Of a stretch of 64,000 nucleotides of DNA, positions 37,216-46,960 are shown one piece after another. Below the pieces are notes generated by a model. That model made no database searches and was not told the origin of the DNA. It was given only the letters and a program-made list of their open reading frames with translations. Where the stretch lies: the NCBI GenBank assembly GCA_029775855.1, contig JARVJZ010000002.1, positions 95,800 through 159,799 on the forward strand. Reading direction: 5' to 3'. The DNA comes from Nitrososphaeria archaeon. GTDB taxonomy: Archaea; Thermoproteota; Nitrososphaeria; Nitrososphaerales; JAAOZN01. The position numbers and the translations under genes were made by a program. Numbering within the stretch: position 1 is the first letter of the stretch; each line of letters opens with the position of its first letter.

Positions 37216-38853
37216 TTAAGACAGCATCTGCTCAATAACTTGTTGGTCAAGCTCTTCAGGCAAGGGTATGCCCGTTGTTCTCGATGCAAATTCAGTTAGG
37301 GCTACAAGGTTGCTTCTATTTATAAGGTTAATTCTCCATTTTCTGCTACCCGCCATAAGATGCTGTAAGCCTACGCCTATGCGGTGTGTAAGGTATGTAT
37401 AAAGCCCTATGGCTTCCCAAGGTATCTCATTTAGTGTGCCATTCCCGTTATATTTTGCTGAAAGTTCAGCGTAGCCTGAAAAGAATTGCTCTGGTCTATC
37501 GCCATATCTATCTTTGAAATAGTGTGGGAGCTTACCTTCTTTCGCTAACTCTGCAAAGTAAGACGACTTCATTACCGCTGTTAAAGGCGCTCTTGCCATC
37601 AAAACAGCTTTCACATAGGGTTCATCCCCAAAGTTGCTGAGCGCTATAGCTTTATAGATCTGCGATTCGTTTATGAAGCCGCCAGCCATAACTATATCTG
37701 GCACATACCTACCCTTCTTCTTCAGGATCTCAGCACATCTTAATACAATAGCCTCAAGATGAACGGTGGGCAACCCCATTTCATCCATCATCGTTACTGG
37801 GCTCATACCAGTCCCTCCACCACTGCCATCGAAGCACACATAATCTAACTTAGCTTCAGAGGCAACCTTCATCGTAAAAGCTACTGCTGACGGCCTATAG
37901 GAGCCTGTCTTTAAACCTACATGCTTCGCACCAAGCTGCCTCAGCCACTCAACATCTTCAACAAAATCCTTTTGATTAGGCATACCAACTCTACTATGCC
38001 TCTCAAATGAGTCAATAGCGCCTGACTTGAATGCTTCTTGCACACGCTTATCTTCAGGGTCTGGTATAACAAGGTATCCCCGATGCTTAAGCTCTAACGC
38101 CTTCCATAGGTCTTTTACTCTAACTTCTCCTCCTATAGCTTTAGCACCTTGACCCCATTTACGTTCGATAACATTAACCTCGTGCTTGGAGATGACATAC
38201 TGGTCAACACCCATCCTCTGATCTTCAACGTTAGTTTGAACCGCTACTTCGCCGTGAACACCGTCCCAGAATCTTCTGAATGAGTTAATTCTACGCTCCA
38301 TCTCCTTAGAGTATGTGACTTTGCCGTTTGTGAATGTTGCAGCCATGTCCATTCCGCAAACATTTTCCCCTATTGTAATCATTAAGCCAGATAATGCTGC
38401 TCCTATAGCCAAACCATCCCAATTTACTCTAGCAACATCTGTAGAGCCGAAGGCCCCTAACACTATTGGGAGCTTAAGTTTTATTCCACCAACTTCGCTC
38501 TCAACGTTGACGTTTGTGAACAGCGCTTCATCAGGGGAAGCTTCTATACCATCTGCACCTAACAGCTCAGAGTTTATGTTAAAATGCGACCAATCTAACC
38601 TAAAATCTTTAACCGCGGCTGCGGTGCTTTCGCCAAACCTTCTTGGCACAGGGTATAGAGCTTCTCGTCCTCTAAATGCAGATAAGCCGACTTCACATAA
38701 GAGTTGGCACTCTCTTATACAGAGGGGACACAATCCACTCTGCGGGCAAGTGTCTAATACTCTTGTCTCAGTTTCTGTTACTGATCTCGAATTTAGGTAG
38801 TATGAGTCCCTTCTAACTGGCGTCCTCAAACTAAACAAACCCTTAAATTTCAC
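37216..38853 (-). CDS. Glutamate synthase-like FMN (GltB domain 2) family protein with an N-terminal Cys cluster
   Basis: Contains FDGSGGGTGMSP (FMN-domain GGTGA-type motif) and an N-terminal CPQSGLCPLCIRECQLLCEV. Length is 545 aa. Confidence 0.75.
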   Translation of the reverse strand: MKFKGLFSLRTPVRRDSYYLNSRSVTETETRVLDTCPQSGLCPLCIRECQLLCEVGLSAFRGREALYPVPRRFGESTAAAVKDFRLDWSHFNINSELLGADGIEASPDEALFTNVNVESEVGGIKLKLPIVLGAFGSTDVARVNWDGLAIGAALSGLMITIGENVCGMDMAATFTNGKVTYSKEMERRINSFRRFWDGVHGEVAVQTNVEDQRMGVDQYVISKHEVNVIERKWGQGAKAIGGEVRVKDLWKALELKHRGYLVIPDPEDKRVQEAFKSGAIDSFERHSRVGMPNQKDFVEDVEWLRQLGAKHVGLKTGSYRPSAVAFTMKVASEAKLDYVCFDGSGGGTGMSPVTMMDEMGLPTVHLEAIVLRCAEILKKKGRYVPDIVMAGGFINESQIYKAIALSNFGDEPYVKAVLMARAPLTAVMKSSYFAELAKEGKLPHYFKDRYGDRPEQFFSGYAELSAKYNGNGTLNEIPWEAIGLYTYLTHRIGVGLQHLMAGSRKWRINLINRSNLVALTEFASRTTGIPLPEELDQQVIEQMLS

Positions 38854-39056
38854 AGATTTATATCATATATACACGTTATATAAAGTCAAAAGTTCGAATT
38901 TGATATAGGTAATCTGTCTAAAATACCATTTTGGTCAATTTTCTACAGATATTTTATCCACGTTTAGACAGTGTGGATTGTTAAAATATTAGTTGAATTT
39001 CTGCTTTATTATGCAGACCGTGAATTTGTAGTGATGGTGACGGAAATTTTAGATGT

Positions 39057-39842
39057 TTATTCGAGACCGATAGGCTGATTTTTATCCAAGATTTGTTGAA
39101 TCTCCTGCCTCAGTCTCTGAATCTTTGATTGGTCATCCTTGAACGATGGTTCAACCTTTATGTCTGCAAGCACTTTAGCCGGTTTACCGAAGACTATGAT
39201 TCGGTTCCCAATTTCTATGGCTTCGTCGAGTTGATGTGTAACAAATACGGCGGTCTTTTTTGTAGAGTGAACTAGCTCCAAAAAGTCTTTACGAAGCTTG
39301 CTTGCAGTAACTTCATCAAGGTGTCCGAAGGCTTCATCAAGCAAGATTATCTTTGGATCTATGCAGAGTGCTCTGGCTAATGCTACTCTCTGCCTCATGC
39401 CTCCTGATAACTCGCTTGGGTAAGCGTTTAGGAAGTTTGCTAACCCAAGTCTGGTAAGCCACTCTGAAGCGCGTTTAATCTGCTCTTCAGGTGTATATCC
39501 TAATACTTCAAGCCCAATCTTCGTGTTATCTATGGCTCTTCGCCAAGGTAGGAGCCTATCTTGCTGGAAGACTATGCCTATCTTTCCTTTTAAGCTGTTG
39601 AAGTCTTTGTAGGGTTCTTTACCATCTACTTCTAGTTTACCTGAGGTGGGTTGCTCTAAACCCATGAGTATGTTAAGGAAGGTTGATTTACCGCATCCAG
39701 TCTGCCCAACTATCGACACTACTTCGTGCTCATTGATGTTGAAGGTTAGATTATCTATGGCTACAACTTTAGCCGATGAGATTGTTTGAACATACACCTT
39801 TCGTAAAGCTTCTACCTTTATAATGGGCATTACAGCCGCCAC
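39057..39842 (-). CDS. ABC transporter ATPase, NitT/TauT (nitrate/sulfonate/bicarbonate) family
   Basis: Contains GQTGCGKST, LSGGMRQRVALARAL and ILLDEAFGHLD. Confidence 0.85.
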   Translation of the reverse strand: MAAVMPIIKVEALRKVYVQTISSAKVVAIDNLTFNINEHEVVSIVGQTGCGKSTFLNILMGLEQPTSGKLEVDGKEPYKDFNSLKGKIGIVFQQDRLLPWRRAIDNTKIGLEVLGYTPEEQIKRASEWLTRLGLANFLNAYPSELSGGMRQRVALARALCIDPKIILLDEAFGHLDEVTASKLRKDFLELVHSTKKTAVFVTHQLDEAIEIGNRIIVFGKPAKVLADIKVEPSFKDDQSKIQRLRQEIQQILDKNQPIGLE

Positions 39843-40633
39843 CTCAAAGCTTTAGATTCAACCCAAGAGACAGGCACTTGAGCAGCAAGAAGTATGAGTA
39901 TCAACACAATAGTCCAAGCGAAGACTTCAGCTACTGAAAAGTTTGCTTGCGCGATGTTAAGAGCGAACCCTATACCAGACACAGCGCCTACTAGCTCAGC
40001 AATCGTAACTACTCTAATCGCTAGGCTTAGGTTGATCTTCCAGCTCGTCAAGACCGCCGGCACGATTGCTGGAAGCAGCAGCTTCCGAATATACTGCATC
40101 TTACTGGGTCTAAACGATAGTATCATATCTCTAAGGTCTTTAGGTACACCTTTGAGCGCATCGAGCACATCTATCAAGAAGACTGGGCAGCATACTATCA
40201 CCAATATGAAGAATATTCGAAACTCCACAGCACTAAACCACAATACGGCAAATAAAATCCAGCAGATGACTGGCACAGCCATAACCAGCTTCACGAGGGG
40301 GGAGATGTAATTCTCAAGCTTCTTGGAGAGATACATAACAACAGCACCAAGCACACCTAAACCAAAAGAGACTACTAGAGCGAGAACAACTCTAACCACA
40401 GTAACATAGATCTGATATGGTTGAAGACGGATCATCTTATCAAAAATAACTTGCCAACCAGGCACAATATATGAAGGTGTGAATAATGAGACGATCTGCC
40501 ACGCTACACCAAAGAATATTAAGGAGATTATCGCTTCTTTCCCAATTTTGAGTCTGCCTAGAGTCTTGGCTGCTATAGATTCTGGTTTAGCCCAATCTTC
40601 TGCCTCAGAAGATTTACCCAATTTTAACCGCAC
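39830..40633 (-). CDS. ABC transporter permease, NitT/TauT family
   Basis: A 267-aa multi-TM protein that overlaps the ATPase gene by 13 nt. No binding-protein gene is adjacent. Confidence 0.8.
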   Translation of the reverse strand: MRLKLGKSSEAEDWAKPESIAAKTLGRLKIGKEAIISLIFFGVAWQIVSLFTPSYIVPGWQVIFDKMIRLQPYQIYVTVVRVVLALVVSFGLGVLGAVVMYLSKKLENYISPLVKLVMAVPVICWILFAVLWFSAVEFRIFFILVIVCCPVFLIDVLDALKGVPKDLRDMILSFRPSKMQYIRKLLLPAIVPAVLTSWKINLSLAIRVVTIAELVGAVSGIGFALNIAQANFSVAEVFAWTIVLILILLAAQVPVSWVESKALRWRL

Positions 40634-40671
40634 ACTATAGGTTAGAGCGGTATTTAGGGTTAAAAGTGGTT

Positions 40672-41928
40672 CTAAATTTGAAAAGCTTCATTTGGTTTAG
40701 GGGCTTGAGCGTCGAATCCAAAGCTCTCTTTGACATTTTTAGCGAAAGACACGCAAGAGGGTTCTTCACCGTGCACCATAAGAACCTTTGGTCTGCCTTT
40801 AACTTTATCCAGCAGCTTCATCAACCCACTTTTACCGCTGTGTGAGGAGAAGTCAAAGCGTTTTACCTCGGCCTTCACCTTGGTTGGTCTACCATTTACA
40901 AGCGCCAAACCCTTCTCCAACAGCGTTCTACCTGGAGTTCCTTGAACCTGATATGCTACTATCGCTATAGCGTTCTTCTCTTTTTGCGCAATCTGCTGGT
41001 TGTAGAATACAGCTGCTCCTCCAACCAGCATACCTGCTGGTGAGATTATGACAGAGGGGGTGTTGATGATCTGCTTTCTCTGCTTCCAAGCTGTGACGAC
41101 TTCTACGCTGTTTATCGCTCTTCTGAAGGCTCTATAGTCTCTGAGATACTCTGGGTATCTGAATAGGATCTCGTTAGTCTTCAGAGCCATACCATCCATA
41201 TAAGTTGGGTATGGGAATTTATGTGAACTTAGTATGCAAGCGATCTCTTGTGCACGCCCGACTGAGAAGGCTGGCACAAATAGTGTTCCACCTCTTTCAA
41301 TCACTTCTTTTGCATAAGCTACAAAACTGTTTTCAACTTCCCTCCTTGGGGGATGGTCTTCGGTAGCGTAGGTGCTTTCTATTATTAGTAGGTCAAGTTC
41401 TCCTATGTCATAGTTAGCCCCTTTTAGAAGCTGTGTGTCTTCATCGTTTATGTCTCCTGTGTATAGGATGCGTTTTCCCTCGCCTTCTAATAGTATCGAG
41501 GTTGAGCCTGGTATATGTCCAGCATCGTAAAACCTTACATCAAAGTTAGATATCTTCACCTTATCATTTGGGTTTATTGTTGTAGTCTTCTTCATCATTT
41601 CAAGCAGATCGATGTATTCGAAGGGTAAGTAGAAGCCTGAAACCCTAAGAAGGTCTTCTATGAGGAGCCTTGTAAGCTCAAGTGTAAGCGGTGTTGTGTA
41701 GATTCTTGGACCATTGCTGAGGTAAAATAGAGGGAGAGCTCCCGAGTGATCGAGGTGTGCGTGGCTCAGCAGAATCGCATCTATGTCTCTAGGCTGTACA
41801 TGCACTGGGAAACCTATTTCACGCTGCATTAATACGCCGAAGTCGAGGAGTATATTTGTGTTACTGCTCTTAAGCAGCATCGCTGATCTTCCTACTTCTC
41901 TTGCTGAACCTAAGATTCTTACTTCCAT
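40672..41928 (-). CDS. Beta-CASP metallo-beta-lactamase RNase (aCPSF2-like)
   Basis: Contains LSHAHLDHSGALP (HxHxDH). At ~418 aa it has no N-terminal KH domains, and it ends with the MVHGE motif. Confidence 0.8.
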   Translation of the reverse strand: MEVRILGSAREVGRSAMLLKSSNTNILLDFGVLMQREIGFPVHVQPRDIDAILLSHAHLDHSGALPLFYLSNGPRIYTTPLTLELTRLLIEDLLRVSGFYLPFEYIDLLEMMKKTTTINPNDKVKISNFDVRFYDAGHIPGSTSILLEGEGKRILYTGDINDEDTQLLKGANYDIGELDLLIIESTYATEDHPPRREVENSFVAYAKEVIERGGTLFVPAFSVGRAQEIACILSSHKFPYPTYMDGMALKTNEILFRYPEYLRDYRAFRRAINSVEVVTAWKQRKQIINTPSVIISPAGMLVGGAAVFYNQQIAQKEKNAIAIVAYQVQGTPGRTLLEKGLALVNGRPTKVKAEVKRFDFSSHSGKSGLMKLLDKVKGRPKVLMVHGEEPSCVSFAKNVKESFGFDAQAPKPNEAFQI

Positions 41929-42000
41929 TCTTGAGTTACCCTTTTATAGTAAGTTTTCTGAATAGGTGATAAGTTAAGTCTTTCGGAAGAGGAGGATAGA

Positions 42001-42702
42001 TTGATACTCAAAGCATTCCCAGCAGATGTGCGCTTTGACGGATGCAGCTTGATCACTGGCTTCCACGGGATAGGTGCTACTGGGTACTGGACGGTAAAGC
42101 ATCTAATCAACATTCTCAAACCTAAGAGGGAGGTTATCTTCGATTCTGATCTCATATCGCCTATATCTTCAACATATATGGGCAGATTGGTCACACCTTA
42201 CGAGGTCTTTCGAAGAGATTTACTCGCCATATTGAAAGTAGAGGCGCCGCCTTATAAGGATTCTGAAGTTGAATTCTTTAGGGCTATCGGAGAATGGGTC
42301 ATACAATCTGGATTTAAAGAAGTAGCCTTAGTTGGCGGGCTTGACTCCAGCCTAAGATACGATAACTCAACCTATCGAATAGCTTACACCTCTAAATATA
42401 AGCCAAAGAACGATTTATTAAAAGCAAAGGTCTTAGAGGATGACCACATAATAGTTGGACCTGTAGCGATTCTTCTAAACTACTTCGAGGCAAGAGACTT
42501 CCCAGCATTCGCCATATTAGCTTATGCCTCTACTGAACGCATGGATCCTAGGGCTACCGCTGAAGCGGTGAAGGTGCTTTCAAGGTATTATGGTTTTGAA
42601 GCTGATGTTTCAACGCTTATTAAGGGTGCTGAGATCATAGAATCCGAATTGCAGAAGGCTCAAACAAAGTCGATTAAGCCTGGAGAATCCATCTACACTT
42701 GA
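42001..42702 (+). CDS. PAC2 (proteasome assembly chaperone 2-like) family protein
   Basis: Has the LITGFHGIGATGYWTVKHLI N-terminal motif typical of the PAC2/COG1938 family. Length is 233 aa. Confidence 0.7.
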   Translation: MILKAFPADVRFDGCSLITGFHGIGATGYWTVKHLINILKPKREVIFDSDLISPISSTYMGRLVTPYEVFRRDLLAILKVEAPPYKDSEVEFFRAIGEWVIQSGFKEVALVGGLDSSLRYDNSTYRIAYTSKYKPKNDLLKAKVLEDDHIIVGPVAILLNYFEARDFPAFAILAYASTERMDPRATAEAVKVLSRYYGFEADVSTLIKGAEIIESELQKAQTKSIKPGESIYT

Positions 42703-44300
42703 GTCTGGCTGCGTAGTATCTGCAGGATTTGTTCAGCAGCTTGGAGCTGCTTTGAGGCGCCTTGCTTACAGTAGTCGAGTAGTTTAAAGTTGAGTCTTCG
42801 CGATAGAGCATACAGTTTTGAGTGTAGATGCTTGTTTAGGCAAACGGCTATGAGCTGCTTATATCTGCCGAGCTTGAGTATTCTTTTAAGGTCTCTTTCA
42901 AGACTCTTGGTTGATAGATTTGTTGTTAAGCTGCTTGAGTAGAGTGTCTGTGAAAGTGGGTAGATTTCTGAGATCTCCGCAGGAATCAACCTATAGGGTG
43001 GAGATAGAAAGAGAAGCTGATAGTCTTTAAAGCCTTCTTTTAGCAGATGCTTACAGAAGGGTGTTGCCAACCACCGCTCTTCGCTTGTTATGGAAGCCAG
43101 TATCAGAAGCCTTCTTTCCTCGAACTTGAAGCTTTTCTTGATCTTTGCGTATGCTCTGGAGACCTCGGGCCTCCTTAAATCTTCTTTTGAATATAAGTTT
43201 ACTGCTTTAGGTTTGAATAGAGGTGTGCCATCTTCAAGAATCTTACTGTGGCGAGTCATCTCTTCAAATGCTGACCAGAGCTTTGGGTGGCTTCTACACT
43301 TAAGGGCAACAGCATCCCAGAGCCTTCCTTCAAATATAGCTTGTTTAATCCGCTTAACTTCTGATTGCAGGAGGTAGAGGTTGTGTGTGGCTAGCAACTT
43401 AATGCGCTCTGCTTTATCTGACGATTTGATCTCGGCTAATGTGTACTGTGTGCAAATTGGGCAAGGGCAAGCTAGTTCGATTAGCTCATCAAGTCTGATG
43501 GTTCCATGCGGTGTGAGGTAGCGATCATCTTTAGCATATAGGATGTATGAGGCTGAGTCAAATAGATCGCATCCTAAAGCGACTGCTATAGGCATGGTTA
43601 AAGGATGCCCAGCGCCGAATAGATGGAGAGGTTTGTTGAGTGGTGTGTTCGTCTTAGCCGCTATGATCATCTTAACTAGATGTTGGAAGTTGTAGGATTT
43701 CATAACCTCCGTTGGGCTGCCTAGAGCGTGTATGTCAAATGGTAGGGTTGAGGTCTTTCTGGCACTTTCAGCGACGAGGTCTGTGAATAACCCGCCTTGA
43801 ATAGGCCCAACCCAAAGCAAATCTTGCCTCTTCCTTACAGCTATGGTTTCCTCCGCTGCTTTCAGCGTTTCTTTGACTGTTTGCTCTGCGAATGCTCTGT
43901 TTCTACTGAATCCTGTTGGGCGGTCGAGGACTATGGCTATATCTGTACCTATGCTCTCCTCGAAGCTAGCCATCTCTGCTGGGGCTATATCCACATCGCC
44001 GTATTCGAGCATCTGGTAGCCGCCTGAGTCGGTCATAATTACGCCGTCAAAACCTATGATGGAGTGTATACCTCTTTTCTGAGCAGCCTCTCCGAGACGC
44101 TTAAAGGTTATGTAGGCGTTGGTCATAATAGCTTTAAAACCAATCTTCTTGATTATATCTACATCAAGCTCTTGATTTAGCGGATGTACTACTGGAAGAA
44201 GCGCGGGCGTCTCCAAAGAGCCACTTTTGGTGTAGAGCCTACCTACTCTACCTAAGAGATCCGTTGCCTTTACCTCAAAGCAGCCTCTTCCCCTATCCAA
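42693..44300 (-). CDS. tgtA: Archaeosine tRNA-guanine transglycosylase
   Basis: Contains MTDSGGYQ, LFGAGHP and the zinc motif CPCPICTQY. At 535 aa, no obvious PUA domain is recognisable by eye. Confidence 0.85.
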   Translation of the reverse strand: MDRGRGCFEVKATDLLGRVGRLYTKSGSLETPALLPVVHPLNQELDVDIIKKIGFKAIMTNAYITFKRLGEAAQKRGIHSIIGFDGVIMTDSGGYQMLEYGDVDIAPAEMASFEESIGTDIAIVLDRPTGFSRNRAFAEQTVKETLKAAEETIAVRKRQDLLWVGPIQGGLFTDLVAESARKTSTLPFDIHALGSPTEVMKSYNFQHLVKMIIAAKTNTPLNKPLHLFGAGHPLTMPIAVALGCDLFDSASYILYAKDDRYLTPHGTIRLDELIELACPCPICTQYTLAEIKSSDKAERIKLLATHNLYLLQSEVKRIKQAIFEGRLWDAVALKCRSHPKLWSAFEEMTRHSKILEDGTPLFKPKAVNLYSKEDLRRPEVSRAYAKIKKSFKFEERRLLILASITSEERWLATPFCKHLLKEGFKDYQLLFLSPPYRLIPAEISEIYPLSQTLYSSSLTTNLSTKSLERDLKRILKLGRYKQLIAVCLNKHLHSKLYALSRRLNFKLLDYCKQGASKQLQAAEQILQILRSQTQV

Positions 44301-44328
44301 CGGTAGTCAGCAGCTTCTCAAAGTTAGA

Positions 44329-44787
44329 TTAGGGTTGTGTCTGCTTTACTTCTTTTATGAACTGCTCATAGACGGTCTTGACCTTCTCAGCCGCTAAGCC
44401 GGTGCCCTCTACACCTTCAGGTGTGACCTTGATCTTCTCCATAACTATGATGGCTCCTATGTCTTCTCTTAGCTTAACCATACCTGGGAAGACTTTGCTC
44501 AGCCTATCGGCGAGGGCCTTTAAGTCGAAGGGCTTCTCAATTAAGCTGAGTTCTTGAACAAACTTACCGTTTATAACCACTTTAAAGACTTTATCACCTA
44601 CCCCACTAACGTTATTGAGTACTATGTTCAGGTTTTCGTCAATGCCTACCAAGTCTCCTTCATAGGTTTTATTGTATGTTGTTGAAACAGCAACCCGCTT
44701 ACCTATTAGTAGAATAAGCTCTTCAGCAAAGCGTCTAAATGTTGTTGCAGCCAGATCTATACTCACCACTTCTACTATGCTCAGCAT
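44329..44787 (-). CDS. Sm-like (LSm) protein with a C-terminal extension (SmAP3-like)
   Basis: The Sm1/Sm2-like core is YEGDLVGIDENLNIVLNNV...VVINGKFV. A ~70-aa C-terminal domain follows. Confidence 0.65.
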   Translation of the reverse strand: MLSIVEVVSIDLAATTFRRFAEELILLIGKRVAVSTTYNKTYEGDLVGIDENLNIVLNNVSGVGDKVFKVVINGKFVQELSLIEKPFDLKALADRLSKVFPGMVKLREDIGAIIVMEKIKVTPEGVEGTGLAAEKVKTVYEQFIKEVKQTQP

Positions 44788-44811
44788 ACTATTTGAAAAT
44801 ATTGGCTCTAA

Positions 44812-45798
44812 CTATTGTAGGTCTGGAGCAAGGTGGCACTCCACATAATGCTCCTTCAGAACCTCTCTAAACTCAGGCACCACATTCACGCATACATCTT
44901 TAGCGTATCTACACCTCGGATGAAACCTACAACCAGTAGGTGGATTTATGGGAGAAGGCACCTCGCCTTTTAAGATCAACCTATCTTGCCTCAACTCAGG
45001 GTCAGGCACAGGAACAGAAGAAAGCAAGGCTTGAGTATATGGATGAAGAGGCTTAGAGAAGAGCTCATTCTTTTCAGCTAATTCAACGATTCGACCAAGA
45101 TACATCACGGCAACCCTATCTGAGATATGCTTTATCACACTAAGGTCGTGCGCTATAAATAGGTAAGTGAGCTTAAACTTCTCCTGCAGATCAACCATTA
45201 GATTCAGAATCTGCGCTCTGATGCTCACATCTAGCGCCGAAATAGGCTCATCAGCAACTATAAACTCTGGGTTAACTGCGAGAGCTCTAGCTATACCTAT
45301 TCTTTGCCTCTGCCCCCCAGAGAATTCATGTGGGTAGCGGTCAGCATGCTCCGCAGCTAAACCTACCGTTTCAAGAAGACCTTTTATGCGCTCCTTTTGC
45401 TCTTGCTTAGAGTGGACAAGCCTATGCACTTTGAAGGCTTCTCCAATTATGCCGCTTACGGTCAACCTAGGGTTTAGCGAAGCATAAGGGTCTTGGAAGA
45501 TTATCTGCATCCTCCTCCTATATGGTCTAAACTCTTTATCAGGTATCTTGGTTATATCTACTCCATCAAATTTTATGATACCTTTAGTTGGTTTAAGAAG
45601 CTTAATAATTAATCGACCCAATGTGGATTTGCCGCAGCCTGATTCGCCCACAAGACCTAAAGTTTCGCCCTTGAAAACTTTTATGCTCACACCATCAACA
45701 GCTTTAACCGCACCCTTTACTCTCTTAAATAACCCAGACGAAAGTGGGAAATGCTTAACCAGATCGACTGTTTCCACTAATATTTCTCTACTTTGCAT
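44812..45798 (-). CDS. Peptide ABC transporter ATPase (OppF/DppF-type), second locus
   Basis: Contains GESGCGKST, FSGGQRQR, FIVADEP and the C-terminal CRFHPRC. Confidence 0.9.
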   Translation of the reverse strand: MQSREILVETVDLVKHFPLSSGLFKRVKGAVKAVDGVSIKVFKGETLGLVGESGCGKSTLGRLIIKLLKPTKGIIKFDGVDITKIPDKEFRPYRRRMQIIFQDPYASLNPRLTVSGIIGEAFKVHRLVHSKQEQKERIKGLLETVGLAAEHADRYPHEFSGGQRQRIGIARALAVNPEFIVADEPISALDVSIRAQILNLMVDLQEKFKLTYLFIAHDLSVIKHISDRVAVMYLGRIVELAEKNELFSKPLHPYTQALLSSVPVPDPELRQDRLILKGEVPSPINPPTGCRFHPRCRYAKDVCVNVVPEFREVLKEHYVECHLAPDLQ

Positions 45799-46787
45799 TC
45801 TAGATCACTATAGAGGAAACATCGAGCATATTGTCTTGATCCTACATTATAGAAAGGCGGTACTTCAACCCTACATCGATCAAAAGCCTTTTCGCATCTT
45901 GGATGAAAGCGGCACCCAGCCGGTATATTTATCATATCTGGCACAACCCCTTCAATAGAATAAAGCTTCTTGCCTAAGCCTACATTCAAACCAGGCAGTG
46001 ATCTAAGTAAACCACTTGTATATGGATGCGCTGGATTCTTAAATAGGCTGTACACATCAGCATACTCCACTATCTGACCAGCATACATCACAGCAACTCT
46101 ATCACACATCTCCGCAATCACACCTAGATCGTGTGTGATTAAGAGTATGCTTGTACCAATCTTAGCACGGAGATCCCTCATTAGCTCAAGAACTTGGGCT
46201 TGAATCGTGACATCTAACGCGGTGGTTGGCTCATCAGCTATCAGTAGCTTGGGGTTGCAAGCTATAGCCATCGCTATCATAATCCTCTGCCTCATCCCAC
46301 CTGAAAACTCGTGAGGAAAATCTTTCATCCTCTTTTCAGGAGAAGGAATACCAACAAGCCTTAGCAACTCAAGAACACGCTGACTGACTTCACTTCTAAG
46401 CATCTTCTTATGCGCCAAAATTGCCTCAGAGATTTGAAAACCCACATTATAAACCGGGTTAAGAGAGGTCATAGGGTCTTGAAATATCATAGAGATCTCA
46501 TTCCCACGAATCTCGCGTATCTCTGACTCACTAACTTTAACAAGGTCTTTGCCGTTGAAGAGGATTTCCCCTTGGACTATCTTAGCAAAACGTGGTAGAA
46601 GGCGTAGAATAGAAAGCGCGGTCATAGTCTTACCTGAGCCTGACTCACCGACCAACCCTAGCGTTTCACCTTGCTTGATAGAGAAACTCACATCATCCAC
46701 AGCTCTAATAGGCTTAGGCTTTGTGAGGAAGTAGGTCTTTAGGTCTTTAACTACCAGAAGGGCTGAAGATTCCTTCAAATTAGACAC
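45777..46787 (-). CDS. Peptide ABC transporter ATPase (OppD/DppD-type), second locus
   Basis: Contains GESGSGKT, FSGGMRQR, LIADEPTTALD and the C-terminal CRFHPRC. Confidence 0.9.
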   Translation of the reverse strand: MSNLKESSALLVVKDLKTYFLTKPKPIRAVDDVSFSIKQGETLGLVGESGSGKTMTALSILRLLPRFAKIVQGEILFNGKDLVKVSESEIREIRGNEISMIFQDPMTSLNPVYNVGFQISEAILAHKKMLRSEVSQRVLELLRLVGIPSPEKRMKDFPHEFSGGMRQRIMIAMAIACNPKLLIADEPTTALDVTIQAQVLELMRDLRAKIGTSILLITHDLGVIAEMCDRVAVMYAGQIVEYADVYSLFKNPAHPYTSGLLRSLPGLNVGLGKKLYSIEGVVPDMINIPAGCRFHPRCEKAFDRCRVEVPPFYNVGSRQYARCFLYSDLECKVEKY

Positions 46788-46933
46788 CTAATTAACTGAG
46801 ACACTTTTATATGCACCGATGTCTCAACTCGTCCTATCTAGGGTATGATATAAGGCTTTTAAATTTATACCGGCAGCAATTAACTGCTTTTATCATTGGT
46901 TGTTAATACTTTTTATTAATTAGAAGTCTAAAG

Positions 46934-46951
46934 GTTTATATATATAAATAT
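46934..46951 (+). promoter_or_regulatory. TATA-box-like element for the second SBP operon (probably a leaderless or short-leader transcript)
   Basis: tttatatatataaata ends about 10 nt before the ATG at 46961. Confidence 0.4.
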
Positions 46952-46960
46952 TTAGAATAT

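Noticed and set aside
39005-39075. Possible C/D-box sRNA (gtgatgg ... taga ... ctga) in the AT-rich gap after the ABC ATPase gene
   Set aside because: The C box has a mismatch (GUGAUGG), and the D' and C' boxes are poor. The candidate D box lies inside the ATPase coding region, and no terminal stem is evident. This is not enough support without a covariance or target search.
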